DNA of 64,000 nucleotides, taken from the IMG/VR virus record IMGVR_UViG_3300001598_000048, positions 9,446-73,445 of that record. One strand, 5' to 3'. The notes under the pieces are model-generated. The model did no database searches and was not told where the DNA came from. It saw only the letters and a list, made by a program, of their open reading frames with translations. How positions within the stretch are numbered: position 1 is the first letter of the stretch; the number at the start of each line of letters is the position of its first letter. This DNA is from a virus (lineage: Duplodnaviria; Caudoviricetes). Made by a program: the position numbers and the translations under genes. Below, in pieces: positions 10,354-20,083 of this stretch.

Positions 10354-12273
10354 ATGAAAACATATGATGAGAATAGTATTGTTACCTTAAAACCTCGTGA
10401 AGCAGTTAGACAAAGTTTAGGTATGTATATAGGTAGTAATGACACTACTGGTATGCATCATTTATTAACTGAAATTATTGCAAATGCAATGGATGAAGCT
10501 GCCGCAGGATATGGTAAATTAATAAAAGTTAATATTGAAACATCAACAAATACTGCCGTTGTAATTGATGAAGGTAGAGGTATACCATTTCATAAGAATG
10601 CATCTGGAAACTATGCAATAGTAGAAATGTGTACAAGTTTACATAGTGGTGGTAAATTTGAAGGTCAAGGAAATTATAAATCTTCATTAGGATTAAATGG
10701 TGTTGGTGCAACAGTAACTAATGCGCTTTCAAGTGAATTTGTTATACAGGTTTGGAGAGATGGAGAATATTGTATATTTGGCGTCTATGACGGAGAATAT
10801 GATGAACCAGTAATTGAGAAATATGCTGGAAAAATTCACGGTTCAATGATTAGTTTTATTCCAGATACAGAAATATTTGGCGATGCGAAATGGGATTTAG
10901 AAAAGATTAAAAATGAACTTCAACTTCACGCTTTGTTAAATAATGGAATTACATTTGAATTATGGGCAGATGGAAAAGAATGCGCAAAGTTTATCTATAC
11001 AAATGGAATTAAAGATATGTTGGCAATTAAGACTCAGGGATTAAATATGTTAACTGATCCAGTGTATAGTTCCGCCTTTATAACAAATGATGCTGGAGAA
11101 ACTTGTGATGTTGAATTTGCATTTGCTTATAGTGATAAAACATATGAAAGTATTTATTCTTTTGTTAATGGTGGTTATACACCTAACGATGGAACACACG
11201 TAACTGGTTGGAAAACTGCCTTTACTTCCGCCATTAATAAATTAGCGAGAGATAGTGAAGTTTTAAAAGATAAAGATAAAAATCTTGCAGGTGAAATTGT
11301 AAGAAAAGGTTTAGTATTAGTTTTATCTATTAAGATGAGTGAAAGACCGCAATTTGGTGAACAAACAAAGTTAACACTTAATAGTCCATCTGCTCGTGGT
11401 TTTTGTAGCAAAGCCGTTGGTCAAATGACTTTAAATGCAAAAGTAATAAAACAAATCTTAGATAAAATTATGATTGAACAAAAAGCCGAAGAAGCCGCAC
11501 AACGTAAACGTGAAGCTCAAGAAAAAATTGCTCGTGGTGGAAAATCTATGAACAGTTTAAGAGACCTTCCAGATAAATTAGCAGACGCTCGTGATTTTAA
11601 CGATGCGGAACTTTATCTCGTAGAAGGAGATTCTGCCGCTTCTGGTGCTAAATCTACGAAGGCGCCTAATATGGCTGTTTTGCCGCTACGTGGTAAAGTT
11701 AAGAATTGTACAAGTCTTGAGTTGGCAGATGCAATTAAATCAGATGTAATTAAAGATTTATTAACAGTTTTAGGTTGCGGAGTAGGCGATCACTTTAATA
11801 TTAATAATTTAAGATATAATAAGATAATTATTATGACCGATGCTGATTCGGATGGCGGACATATAGAATTGCTTCTAGTTACATTGTTCTTACATCATCT
11901 GCCTGAAATTATTAAGGCTGGTAAACTTTATGCCGCAACTCCTCCTTTATTTAGAACACAAAATAAAAAAGAAACTAAATATTGGAGAACTAATGATGCG
12001 GAATTTAATAAATATGTGCGTAATCATAAAGATTTAGAAATTCAAAGAATAAAAGGACTTGGTGAAATGGCGGCTCAAGAATTATATAAGACTACTATGG
12101 ATCCAGACAATCGTCAATTAGTTCAATTAACTACTGAAGATTTAGAGGCAACATTAGCATTATATGATAAATTAATGGGTAAGATACCTGCTTTAAGAAG
12201 AGAATTTATCTTAAAGAATAAATTATCATCGCTTGAAGATGGTGATTTCTATGATGATGATTTTGAAGAATAA
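10354..12273 (+). CDS. type IIA topoisomerase subunit B (GyrB/ParE-like)
   Basis: EIIANAMDE, DEGRGIP, LHSGGKF, GLNGVG, LVEGDSA, PLRGKV, MTDADSDGGHI, RIKGLGEM. Confidence 0.95.
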   Translation: MKTYDENSIVTLKPREAVRQSLGMYIGSNDTTGMHHLLTEIIANAMDEAAAGYGKLIKVNIETSTNTAVVIDEGRGIPFHKNASGNYAIVEMCTSLHSGGKFEGQGNYKSSLGLNGVGATVTNALSSEFVIQVWRDGEYCIFGVYDGEYDEPVIEKYAGKIHGSMISFIPDTEIFGDAKWDLEKIKNELQLHALLNNGITFELWADGKECAKFIYTNGIKDMLAIKTQGLNMLTDPVYSSAFITNDAGETCDVEFAFAYSDKTYESIYSFVNGGYTPNDGTHVTGWKTAFTSAINKLARDSEVLKDKDKNLAGEIVRKGLVLVLSIKMSERPQFGEQTKLTLNSPSARGFCSKAVGQMTLNAKVIKQILDKIMIEQKAEEAAQRKREAQEKIARGGKSMNSLRDLPDKLADARDFNDAELYLVEGDSAASGAKSTKAPNMAVLPLRGKVKNCTSLELADAIKSDVIKDLLTVLGCGVGDHFNINNLRYNKIIIMTDADSDGGHIELLLVTLFLHHLPEIIKAGKLYAATPPLFRTQNKKETKYWRTNDAEFNKYVRNHKDLEIQRIKGLGEMAAQELYKTTMDPDNRQLVQLTTEDLEATLALYDKLMGKIPALRREFILKNKLSSLEDGDFYDDDFEE

Positions 12274-12284
12274 ATAAAATTATC

Positions 12285-12313
12285 TTGACAAATATAAAAA
12301 AATATACTATAAT
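12285..12313 (+). promoter_or_regulatory. sigma70-type promoter
   Basis: TTGACA-N17-TATAAT. Confidence 0.85.
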
Positions 12314-12344
12314 ATAGTATAAATATAAATATATGGAGAAAAAT

Positions 12345-12623
12345 ATGGAAAACGAAAAAGAAACTCAACAAACTCAACAAATTCAAGGCTGGAAAGATGT
12401 TCAAATTAATGGACAATTACCATTAGAAGCTATTCTTAACTTCTTCAATATCTTAAATCAAAGACTTTGCACAGTTGAAGATTTAACTAAAGTAAGCGGT
12501 CCAGATGGAAGTGATGTAACTTTAACTGAATTATATCGTTTACAAACTGAAGAACAAATGAAACAAGCTCAAGCTAAAGCAGAAGAAACAAAAGAAGAAA
12601 CAACAGAAGAACAACAAGCATAA
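12345..12623 (+). CDS. hypothetical protein, Q/E-rich, lying between the topoisomerase subunits
   Basis: GGAG RBS before ATG 12345; within track ORF 12333..12623. Confidence 0.7.
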   Translation: MENEKETQQTQQIQGWKDVQINGQLPLEAILNFFNILNQRLCTVEDLTKVSGPDGSDVTLTELYRLQTEEQMKQAQAKAEETKEETTEEQQA

Positions 12624-12644
12624 TTAAAAAGGAGACAATGAACA

Positions 12645-14903
12645 ATGGTAAATAATCTTGACGAAAGAACGAAAACTGACTTTTTAGTCTATGCAAACAG
12701 TGTTATCAAAAGTCGTGCGATTCCATTCGTAGAAGATAACTTAAAACCTGTTCATAGACGTATCCTATATACTCTTTGGTTAGATAAATTATATCCAGAT
12801 AAGAAAACTAAAAAATGTGCTACTGAAGTAGGTAGAACAATGGCGTTAAATCCGCACGGTGATGTCGCAATATATGGCGCTTTAATAAGATTAAGTCAAC
12901 CTTGGAAATTAAGATATCCTTTAATATATTTACAAGGTTCAAATGGAAACTTATTAGGCGATCCATTCGCGGCTTCACGTTATACTGAATGTCGTTTAAG
13001 TCCAATTGGAATGTTAATGTTAGACGATATTGATAAAGATGCCGTTGAATTTAAACCTAATTATGATGAAACAGTAGATGAACCAATTGTATTGCCATCT
13101 CGTTTCCCATATTTATTATGCGGAAATAATAGCGGTATTGCGGTTGGTATGAGTAGTGATTTAGTATCTCATAACTATAATGAAGTTGCAGATGGAATAA
13201 AATATTATTTAGACCATAAAGATTGTAGTATTGCTGATTTAATGAAATATATTAAAGGTCCTGACTTTCCAACTAAAGGAAAAATATTAAATGGTGAAGA
13301 ATTAGAACAAATCTACACCTCAGGTCAAGGTGCGGTAAGAGTTCAAGCGCATTATGATATTCATAAACAAAATAATGGTAAAACATTATTAGTATTTCAC
13401 GATATTCCTTATGGAGTTGAAATAACAAGCGGAGTTTTAGCACCTTTAAAGAAATTAGTTTTAGAAGAAGGATATGAAGCATTTGAAGATTTTTATGCTG
13501 AATGTACAAATCCTGATATGCAATATTATGATATATTTATTACACTTGCAAAAGGTGCAGATGTATTAAAGTGTTTAAGTATTTTATTCTCAAAGACAAG
13601 ACTTGAAGATAGTATTAAGATTAATCAAACTGTTATCATAGATGGAGAACCGCATTTATTAAATCTTAAACAATTAATTTCTTATTGGATTAATTTTAGA
13701 AGTGATATAATTGTTCGTATATCAAAAGATAATTATGAAAAAACAAATCATAAATTAATTGTTACTCTTGGTTTACAAAAATGTATGTCTAATATTGATT
13801 TATTAGTATCTTTAATTAGAAATAGTGAATCTAGAGCAGATGCAAAAGTTAAAATTATGAAAGAGTTTGTTCTTAATGATGAGCAAGCTGATGCGGTTTT
13901 AGATATGAAATTAAGTAAATTAAGTCGTTTAGATTTAGTAGCACTTGATGAAGACGAAAAGAAATATCGTAACACATTAGCCGATCTTAAGAATATTATT
14001 GATAACGAAAATGTTCGTTATGAATTAATTAAACGTGATTTAGATGAAATGCGCAAAATTATCGGCGTAGATGAAAGATTAACTGAAATATCTTATAGAC
14101 ATCCAGTTATATCGAATGGCGAAGTAATTGAAATAAAAAGTAAAGAAGAATGGTTTGTATGTTCTGATGGCGTTATTTCTGCCAAAGATCAAACTACTTT
14201 AAGCGGCGTTAAAACACCTAGTGATACATTAAAAAATATTGTATATGCATATAATAGAGATGATATTGTAGTTTTTACCGCTAATGGAGAAATGTGTCCA
14301 ATAGGAAAAATGCCTTTAAGTTCTAATTGGAAAATATTTAAAGGATTTGCAAACTCTCAAAAGAAAAAAATAGTATCAGTTACAAAAAATGGTAATATCA
14401 AAGTTACTAATGCATCTGAATATCGTTTGAATAAAGTAGAAAAAGTTATGAAGTTAAAAGAAGATGATAGTTTAATTATGATAGATATGGTATCAGATGA
14501 AGATTTTATCATATTATATGATGGACAAAATCATATTCTTAAACTTGTGGTTAAAGATCTTCCAGTTGCATCAAAATTAACTGTTGGAGTAAAGAGCGGA
14601 TTCTCAGTAGTTGAAAATGCTTTTGCGGCTACAGATAGCGATTTTATATTAACAGGAACTTCTGATAATAAATGTAAATATACATCTGTTAAAGATTTTA
14701 ATATTGATAATCGTGGTAATAAAGGACAACAATTAACTGAAGATACAAAGTTTGTAACAAACTTTGATAATAGTAGAGATGCAGTTTATGTATTTCCTAA
14801 ACAAGGCAAAGCGTTTACTGTGCCTAAAAATAAACTCTCAGTGAAGAGTAGAATCGCAATAGGAGCATCTATAACAACACGAGCGATAGTTAATATTTTG
14901 TAA
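12645..14903 (+). CDS. type IIA topoisomerase subunit A (GyrA/ParC-like)
   Basis: SRAIP...DNLKPVHRRILY, PHGD, catalytic AASRYTE, GIAVGM, GPDFPT, C-terminal pinwheel-like repeats. Confidence 0.95.
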   Translation: MVNNLDERTKTDFLVYANSVIKSRAIPFVEDNLKPVHRRILYTLWLDKLYPDKKTKKCATEVGRTMALNPHGDVAIYGALIRLSQPWKLRYPLIYLQGSNGNLLGDPFAASRYTECRLSPIGMLMLDDIDKDAVEFKPNYDETVDEPIVLPSRFPYLLCGNNSGIAVGMSSDLVSHNYNEVADGIKYYLDHKDCSIADLMKYIKGPDFPTKGKILNGEELEQIYTSGQGAVRVQAHYDIHKQNNGKTLLVFHDIPYGVEITSGVLAPLKKLVLEEGYEAFEDFYAECTNPDMQYYDIFITLAKGADVLKCLSILFSKTRLEDSIKINQTVIIDGEPHLLNLKQLISYWINFRSDIIVRISKDNYEKTNHKLIVTLGLQKCMSNIDLLVSLIRNSESRADAKVKIMKEFVLNDEQADAVLDMKLSKLSRLDLVALDEDEKKYRNTLADLKNIIDNENVRYELIKRDLDEMRKIIGVDERLTEISYRHPVISNGEVIEIKSKEEWFVCSDGVISAKDQTTLSGVKTPSDTLKNIVYAYNRDDIVVFTANGEMCPIGKMPLSSNWKIFKGFANSQKKKIVSVTKNGNIKVTNASEYRLNKVEKVMKLKEDDSLIMIDMVSDEDFIILYDGQNHILKLVVKDLPVASKLTVGVKSGFSVVENAFAATDSDFILTGTSDNKCKYTSVKDFNIDNRGNKGQQLTEDTKFVTNFDNSRDAVYVFPKQGKAFTVPKNKLSVKSRIAIGASITTRAIVNIL

Positions 14904-14912
14904 AAAATATAT

Positions 14913-14941
14913 TTGCTAAAATGGAAAAAATATACTATAAT
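14913..14941 (+). promoter_or_regulatory. sigma70-type promoter
   Basis: TTGCTA-N17-TATAAT, spacer similar to the promoters at 5277 and 12285. Confidence 0.7.
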
Positions 14942-14998
14942 TAATTATATAAGGAAGTAGCCACATCTTTATATATTATTAGTTATAAGGAGTAAATT

Positions 14999-15265
14999 AT
15001 GGACGAAATTGTTTTAACTGATAATGGTAAAATAGTTTTAGCTTTTATGCAAAAGAACGATAAGATTTATGTTGGTAAAGACTTATCTGAATTAACTAAT
15101 ATTAAAGGTATCTATCCTGTACTTAACTCATTAGTTAAAAAAGATTTAGTTGAACCTGCAGAATCTATCGTTAGAGATTTTACTAATAATAAAGGCGAAA
15201 CTAAACCTAAAGAATATAAAACTTATCAATTAACTGAAAACGGTCGAAACTATATAATCAAATAA
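14999..15265 (+). CDS. hypothetical protein, winged-helix-like
   Basis: 88 aa; VLNSLVKKDLV...YQLTENGR resembles a wHTH. Confidence 0.6.
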   Translation: MDEIVLTDNGKIVLAFMQKNDKIYVGKDLSELTNIKGIYPVLNSLVKKDLVEPAESIVRDFTNNKGETKPKEYKTYQLTENGRNYIIK

Positions 15266-15313
15266 TAAACAAGTGGCAAATAAAATATAAATAAATAGAA
15301 AGGTAAAAGAAAA

Positions 15314-16174
15314 ATGGAAAAATTTAAGAAAAATGAATTTACATTAGTCGGAACTTTAGCCAATGCAGACATTAAGTTAGGTAATAGAACTAATGATGGT
15401 GCTGGTTATGTTTCAGTAAAAGCAATCGTAACAAATAATATCAACGGAAGAAACAATGAATTTGAAGTAGAATTTTATGCTTATGAAATGACTGCTAAAA
15501 AAGAAGTAAGTAAACTTTATACTAATTATGTAGAAATGAACAAATTAGTTGGAAAGAAAGTTGAAATTAATGGCTCATTAAAAGAAAATAGATATTGGTC
15601 TAACAATCAAGGTCAAATTATTTCTACAACAACTTTATCAGGAAAGTTTATTAAAGGCGCATTAGAAACTACTCCAGAAGTTGCTACATTTGTTATTGGT
15701 GGATTCGTAGCAAAAGAATTAGTAGAAAAGAAAAATAAGAATAATGAAATTTATAGATATGATTTAACTATTGCCCAAACTGATTATACTGAAACTTCAT
15801 TAAATATGTTTACATTACATGTAAATCCAGATGAAACTGCAATTGTTAATGGCGTTAGAAATTATCAAGCTGGTCAAACAATTAAATTAGATGGTTCTTT
15901 ATCATTCACTGTTGAAGAAAAAGTAGTTGAAGATACTAACACAGCATTTGGTAAACCACTACCAAAAGTTTATAAGAATAAATCAAAGAACTTCTTTATT
16001 GAAAGCGGTTCAAATCCTATTAAAGATGAATCTAGTTATGATTCTGAAGCTATAAGAAATCTTATTGATGCTTATAAAGCTAAAGACGTTGAATTAGCAG
16101 CTGGTGCTAAAAAAGAAAACGCTCCTGTAGTAAAAGAAGCTCCAGTTAAGACTAGACAAACAAGTTTAGTATAA
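15314..16174 (+). CDS. putative single-stranded DNA-binding protein (tandem OB-fold-like)
   Basis: Two repeats of a beta-rich pattern (F.L.G...; G..V.I.GSL); next to the SSAP and helicase. Confidence 0.6.
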   Translation: MEKFKKNEFTLVGTLANADIKLGNRTNDGAGYVSVKAIVTNNINGRNNEFEVEFYAYEMTAKKEVSKLYTNYVEMNKLVGKKVEINGSLKENRYWSNNQGQIISTTTLSGKFIKGALETTPEVATFVIGGFVAKELVEKKNKNNEIYRYDLTIAQTDYTETSLNMFTLHVNPDETAIVNGVRNYQAGQTIKLDGSLSFTVEEKVVEDTNTAFGKPLPKVYKNKSKNFFIESGSNPIKDESSYDSEAIRNLIDAYKAKDVELAAGAKKENAPVVKEAPVKTRQTSLV

Positions 16175-16185
16175 TTTAATATAAT

Positions 16186-16213
16186 GGGCGAATAATTATT
16201 TTATTCGTCCTTT
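16186..16213 (+). terminator. intrinsic terminator
   Basis: GGGCGAATAA-N5-TTATTCGTCC-TTT. Confidence 0.65.
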
Positions 16214-16241
16214 AAATCAATTTTAGGAGATATAAATAGAT

Positions 16242-17003
16242 ATGGAAGAAAATAAAAATATAAACACATTTGAAATATTAAATAATATAAATTTAAACGA
16301 CAAAACAAAAGAAAAAATTGGTTTAAAATATTTAAGTTGGGCTTATGCTTGGGGAGAATTAAAGAAAGCATTTCCAGATGCTTCTTATATAATTTATGAT
16401 AGAGATATAACTACAACTGAAGAAATAATAACAAAAGAAGATGGATATGAAAAGAAAACTACAATAACTACAACAAACACAGTTCCATACTTTACAGATG
16501 GAAAAACTTGTTTTGTTAAAGTTGGTGTAAATATTAATGGAGTAGAATATATAGAACAATTTCCAATAATGGATAATAAGAATAACTCTGTTCCTTATTC
16601 ATCAATTACAATGGTTGCTGTTAATAAGGCTTTACAAAGAGCATTTGTTAAAGCGTGTGCAAGACATGGACTTGGATTATATATTTATGCAGGTGAAGAT
16701 TTACCAGAAGCAGAAAAAACTGCGCCTCTTAATATAGATTTTAATGCCATAGCAATAGAAGTATCTAATGCGGCTTTCAATCCTATTGAGGAACCGCAAT
16801 TTAAATTAATGCTTGGTGATATCATTAATAAAGTTCAAAATGTTGCATATGTAGATGAAGTTAAAACAGGTATATCAAATTATATAGTATCTATTAATCA
16901 AGGTAAACGTTTATCTCAATTATCATATAGTACAGATTGTTTAATGGTTCAAAAAATAGACGCCTTTATTAAGAAAGTTGAAAGTCAACTTGATAGAGGT
17001 TAG
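16242..17003 (+). CDS. Sak/Rad52-like single-strand annealing protein (DUF1071-type)
   Basis: YLSWAYAW, NKALQRAFVKACARHGLGLYIYAGEDLP. Confidence 0.85.
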   Translation: MEENKNINTFEILNNINLNDKTKEKIGLKYLSWAYAWGELKKAFPDASYIIYDRDITTTEEIITKEDGYEKKTTITTTNTVPYFTDGKTCFVKVGVNINGVEYIEQFPIMDNKNNSVPYSSITMVAVNKALQRAFVKACARHGLGLYIYAGEDLPEAEKTAPLNIDFNAIAIEVSNAAFNPIEEPQFKLMLGDIINKVQNVAYVDEVKTGISNYIVSINQGKRLSQLSYSTDCLMVQKIDAFIKKVESQLDRG

Positions 17004-17005
17004 AA

Positions 17006-17431
17006 TTGGCATCTATTGCTAAAACAAGAAAAGAACTTGAAGAATTAATTAAGGAAGTGATGAGTATTACAACCATCACTCCTTTGATTAACAAACATAT
17101 CGATGATTTAGTATTACTTAATGATATGACTTTTCTTGAAATTATGCGTTGTATAGTTTATATAGATGAAGTATTGCAACGCAAAATAGAACCATTTTAT
17201 GGTATTAAAACCCAAGTTTTAAGCATAAGAGAACAATCAAATAAATATTTTAAACAGAAGGAACTTGACCTTCAAAAACAATCTGAAGAAGGCGCGAAGA
17301 TTGTACAGTATCAAGACAATAATATTATATTCAACATAAAATCATTAAAAAGTAAAAAAAGAAATCCTAAACAATTTTTTGACGTGGCGGAAATAGAACT
17401 TCCGCAAGGAGAAGAAAATGGCAATAGTTAA
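17006..17431 (+). CDS. hypothetical protein
   Basis: Track ORF 141 aa with TTG start, overlapping the helicase start. Confidence 0.65.
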   Translation: MASIAKTRKELEELIKEVMSITTITPLINKHIDDLVLLNDMTFLEIMRCIVYIDEVLQRKIEPFYGIKTQVLSIREQSNKYFKQKELDLQKQSEEGAKIVQYQDNNIIFNIKSLKSKKRNPKQFFDVAEIELPQGEENGNS

Positions 17432-19007
17432 AAAAGAATTGTTCGATAAGAACGCTTCTCTCTTTGTATTAAGTTGTTTAATGAGACGTCCACTTTTATT
17501 GCAAGATGACAAATATGCATTTGTAAAGACAGACTTTGATTCTCCGATTCATAGTATGGTTTTTTATGCAATTTTTAATATGGCACAAGAAGGAGTTGAA
17601 AAAATAACTCCGCAAGATATAGACATTTATCTTAAACAATATAGTGCGCAATATGAATTTTATAAACAAAATAAAGGTTATGAATTTGTATTACAATGTT
17701 ATCAAACAACAGAAGGAACAGATGACAAACAATTTGAAACATACTATAATCGTTTAAAAAAGTTCTCAATGTTAAGAGATTTAGAATCTATTGGTATCGA
17801 TACAAGCGAATTTTATGATACTGAAAAAGATGCTCTTAATATGGATTTAGAAGATGAAAAGTTAAATAAAATGAATTTAACTTCTATTCCTGAAAGAATT
17901 AGAGAACGATTAGTAGAAATTGAGAGTAGACATATAGGAAAAGATCAAGGCACATCTCAAAATATTGGAAAGAATATGAGAGACCTTGTTAGAGAATTAA
18001 GAGAAAGACCAGAGGTTGGTTTGCCGTTAGATGGAGATATAGTTAATTTTGCGGCACGTGGAGCCAGATTAGGTAAAATGTATATCTATTCTGCGCCATC
18101 TGGTGCTGGTAAAACAAGATATATGGTAGGTAATGCTTGTGCAATTAGTTTGCCATATCTTGATGAAGATGGACGTATAGTAAAAAGAGACGATTATAAA
18201 AAAGTATTATTTGTTGCAACTGAAATGCAGGCAGATGAAATTCAAACATTAGTATTAGCATATGTAAGCGGTGTTAATGAAAAACATATATTATTAGGTG
18301 ATTATACTGCAGATGAACTTCAAAGAATAGAATGGGCTGAAGATATAATTGATAAATATGCGGATAATTTTATCATTGAATGTATTCCAGATCCAAGTAT
18401 AGCATTAATTAAAGCGCGTCTTGCTAAATATATAGTTCAAGATGAAATAGAATATATATTTTATGATTATATATTTAGTTCACCTGGATTATTAGGCGAA
18501 TTTAGAGATATCGCAGTTCGTGAAGATGTAGCATTAATGATGTTAGCAAATAGTTTAAAAGAAACCGCAATGGTTTATAATGTATTTATTCAAAGTGCTA
18601 CGCAATTAAATGATGGTTGGTCTAAAAAAGAAATTGGACTAAGAGATCAGAATTGTTTACGTGGTTCAAAAGCGATTGCGGATAAAATAGATATTGGTTT
18701 TATTGGTGTAAGAATTGCGGAAGAAGAAATGAAACAAATTGATGCTATTTGGCGTCAAATGTTATTGCAAGAACCGCATAAGTTTCAATCAAATAAACAA
18801 CCAAACATAGTAATAGATATATATAAGAATAGACGTGGAGAATTAAATTGTGTTAAAGTATTTAGACATTTTGATTATGGAACTTGCAGATGCAAAGATT
18901 TATTTGTAACAGATGCACAATATAATGCCATTGGCGAGATTGGTATTTTAAAATATGAAAAGCGTGCATATGACTTCTTAGATATGAAAACTAGAGGTGA
19001 ATTATAA
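17418..19007 (+). CDS. dnaB: DnaB-like replicative helicase
   Basis: Walker A APSGAGKT, FVATEM, FYDYI, SATQLN, RGSKAIADKID, KNRRG. Confidence 0.88.
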   Translation: MAIVKKELFDKNASLFVLSCLMRRPLLLQDDKYAFVKTDFDSPIHSMVFYAIFNMAQEGVEKITPQDIDIYLKQYSAQYEFYKQNKGYEFVLQCYQTTEGTDDKQFETYYNRLKKFSMLRDLESIGIDTSEFYDTEKDALNMDLEDEKLNKMNLTSIPERIRERLVEIESRHIGKDQGTSQNIGKNMRDLVRELRERPEVGLPLDGDIVNFAARGARLGKMYIYSAPSGAGKTRYMVGNACAISLPYLDEDGRIVKRDDYKKVLFVATEMQADEIQTLVLAYVSGVNEKHILLGDYTADELQRIEWAEDIIDKYADNFIIECIPDPSIALIKARLAKYIVQDEIEYIFYDYIFSSPGLLGEFRDIAVREDVALMMLANSLKETAMVYNVFIQSATQLNDGWSKKEIGLRDQNCLRGSKAIADKIDIGFIGVRIAEEEMKQIDAIWRQMLLQEPHKFQSNKQPNIVIDIYKNRRGELNCVKVFRHFDYGTCRCKDLFVTDAQYNAIGEIGILKYEKRAYDFLDMKTRGEL

Positions 19008-20083
19008 TGAATTTTAAAGAATTAAGAGATCAGTTATCAGATGAAATGATAAAAGACATTCTCTCGCAATTTAATGTCGAACCATACAATGAAACTGCCG
19101 ATGCAATTATATTCCCAACTTGTTGTCATAATTTAGAAGGCGGAAGTCCTAAATTATATTATTATAAGTCAACAAAATTGTTTACTTGTTTTACAGATTG
19201 TTCTGCTACATTTGATATATTTACTTTATTACAAAAAATGTATCGTTTACGTGGACAAGAAATTACTTTAAGACAAGCGATTCAAATTTGTGATTTAGAT
19301 ACAACTTATGTAAAAAATACAGATATAAGTTATAACTGCGCAGAAGATTTAAAGTATTTACAAGAATTAAATAATACATTTTTACCTAATGTTGATTCTT
19401 TAGAATTTAAAACATATGATGCAAGTATATTAAATAGATATGCATTTGATTATATGGGTTTAATGCCTTGGATACAAGAAGGAATCGGCATTGAAGCATT
19501 ACAAAAGTTTAATATAAAATATGATAATTATAATGATTGCATTATTATTCCTAACTTTGATTATGATGGAAAATTAATCGGCATTCGTGGTAGATATTTT
19601 AAAGATGCAGATGTGGCAAAAGGAAAATATAGACCAATTTATAATAATGGTATTTTATATAATCACCCTACTGGAAGAACTTTTTACGGCATTTTTGAAA
19701 ATCATTTGAATATAGAACGTAAACATACTTGTGTTATTCTTGAAGGAGAAAAATCAGTTCTTAAATATGGAACGATTTATGGACAAGAAAATAATATTGC
19801 TCTTGCAACATTAGGACAAAACATAAGTAAAGATCATATTCAATATTTATTAAAAATGAAAGTTAGAAATGTAATTTTAGCATACGATACAGATTATGAA
19901 GACTATGATCAATTAAAAGAAACAGAACAAAAATATATAGAAAAGGCAAAAATTTTAGCGCCATATTTTAATGTAAGTATATTAATGGATTATGATTTTA
20001 CATTACCTTATAAATCAAGTCCTGTTGATGGTGGTAAAGAAACCTTTGAAAAGATTTTAAAAAATAGGAGAATAATTCATTAA
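19007..20083 (+). CDS. DNA primase (zinc-binding domain plus TOPRIM)
   Basis: CCHN...CFTDC, IIIP...G.LIGIRGR, ILEGEKS, LAYDTD; adjacent to DnaB. Confidence 0.82.
   Translation: MNFKELRDQLSDEMIKDILSQFNVEPYNETADAIIFPTCCHNLEGGSPKLYYYKSTKLFTCFTDCSATFDIFTLLQKMYRLRGQEITLRQAIQICDLDTTYVKNTDISYNCAEDLKYLQELNNTFLPNVDSLEFKTYDASILNRYAFDYMGLMPWIQEGIGIEALQKFNIKYDNYNDCIIIPNFDYDGKLIGIRGRYFKDADVAKGKYRPIYNNGILYNHPTGRTFYGIFENHLNIERKHTCVILEGEKSVLKYGTIYGQENNIALATLGQNISKDHIQYLLKMKVRNVILAYDTDYEDYDQLKETEQKYIEKAKILAPYFNVSILMDYDFTLPYKSSPVDGGKETFEKILKNRRIIH

Noticed and set aside
10354-14903. Gene symbols gyrB/gyrA
   Set aside because: I could not find a GyrA-box, so gyrase vs topo IV-like activity is undetermined and symbols were left blank.
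16003-16022. GGTTCAAATCC resembling a tRNA T-loop (candidate UGA suppressor)
   Set aside because: It lies inside the SSB-like CDS (codes SGSNP) and has no acceptor, D or anticodon arms. I found no convincing tRNA in the window; tRNAscan-SE or ARAGORN should confirm.
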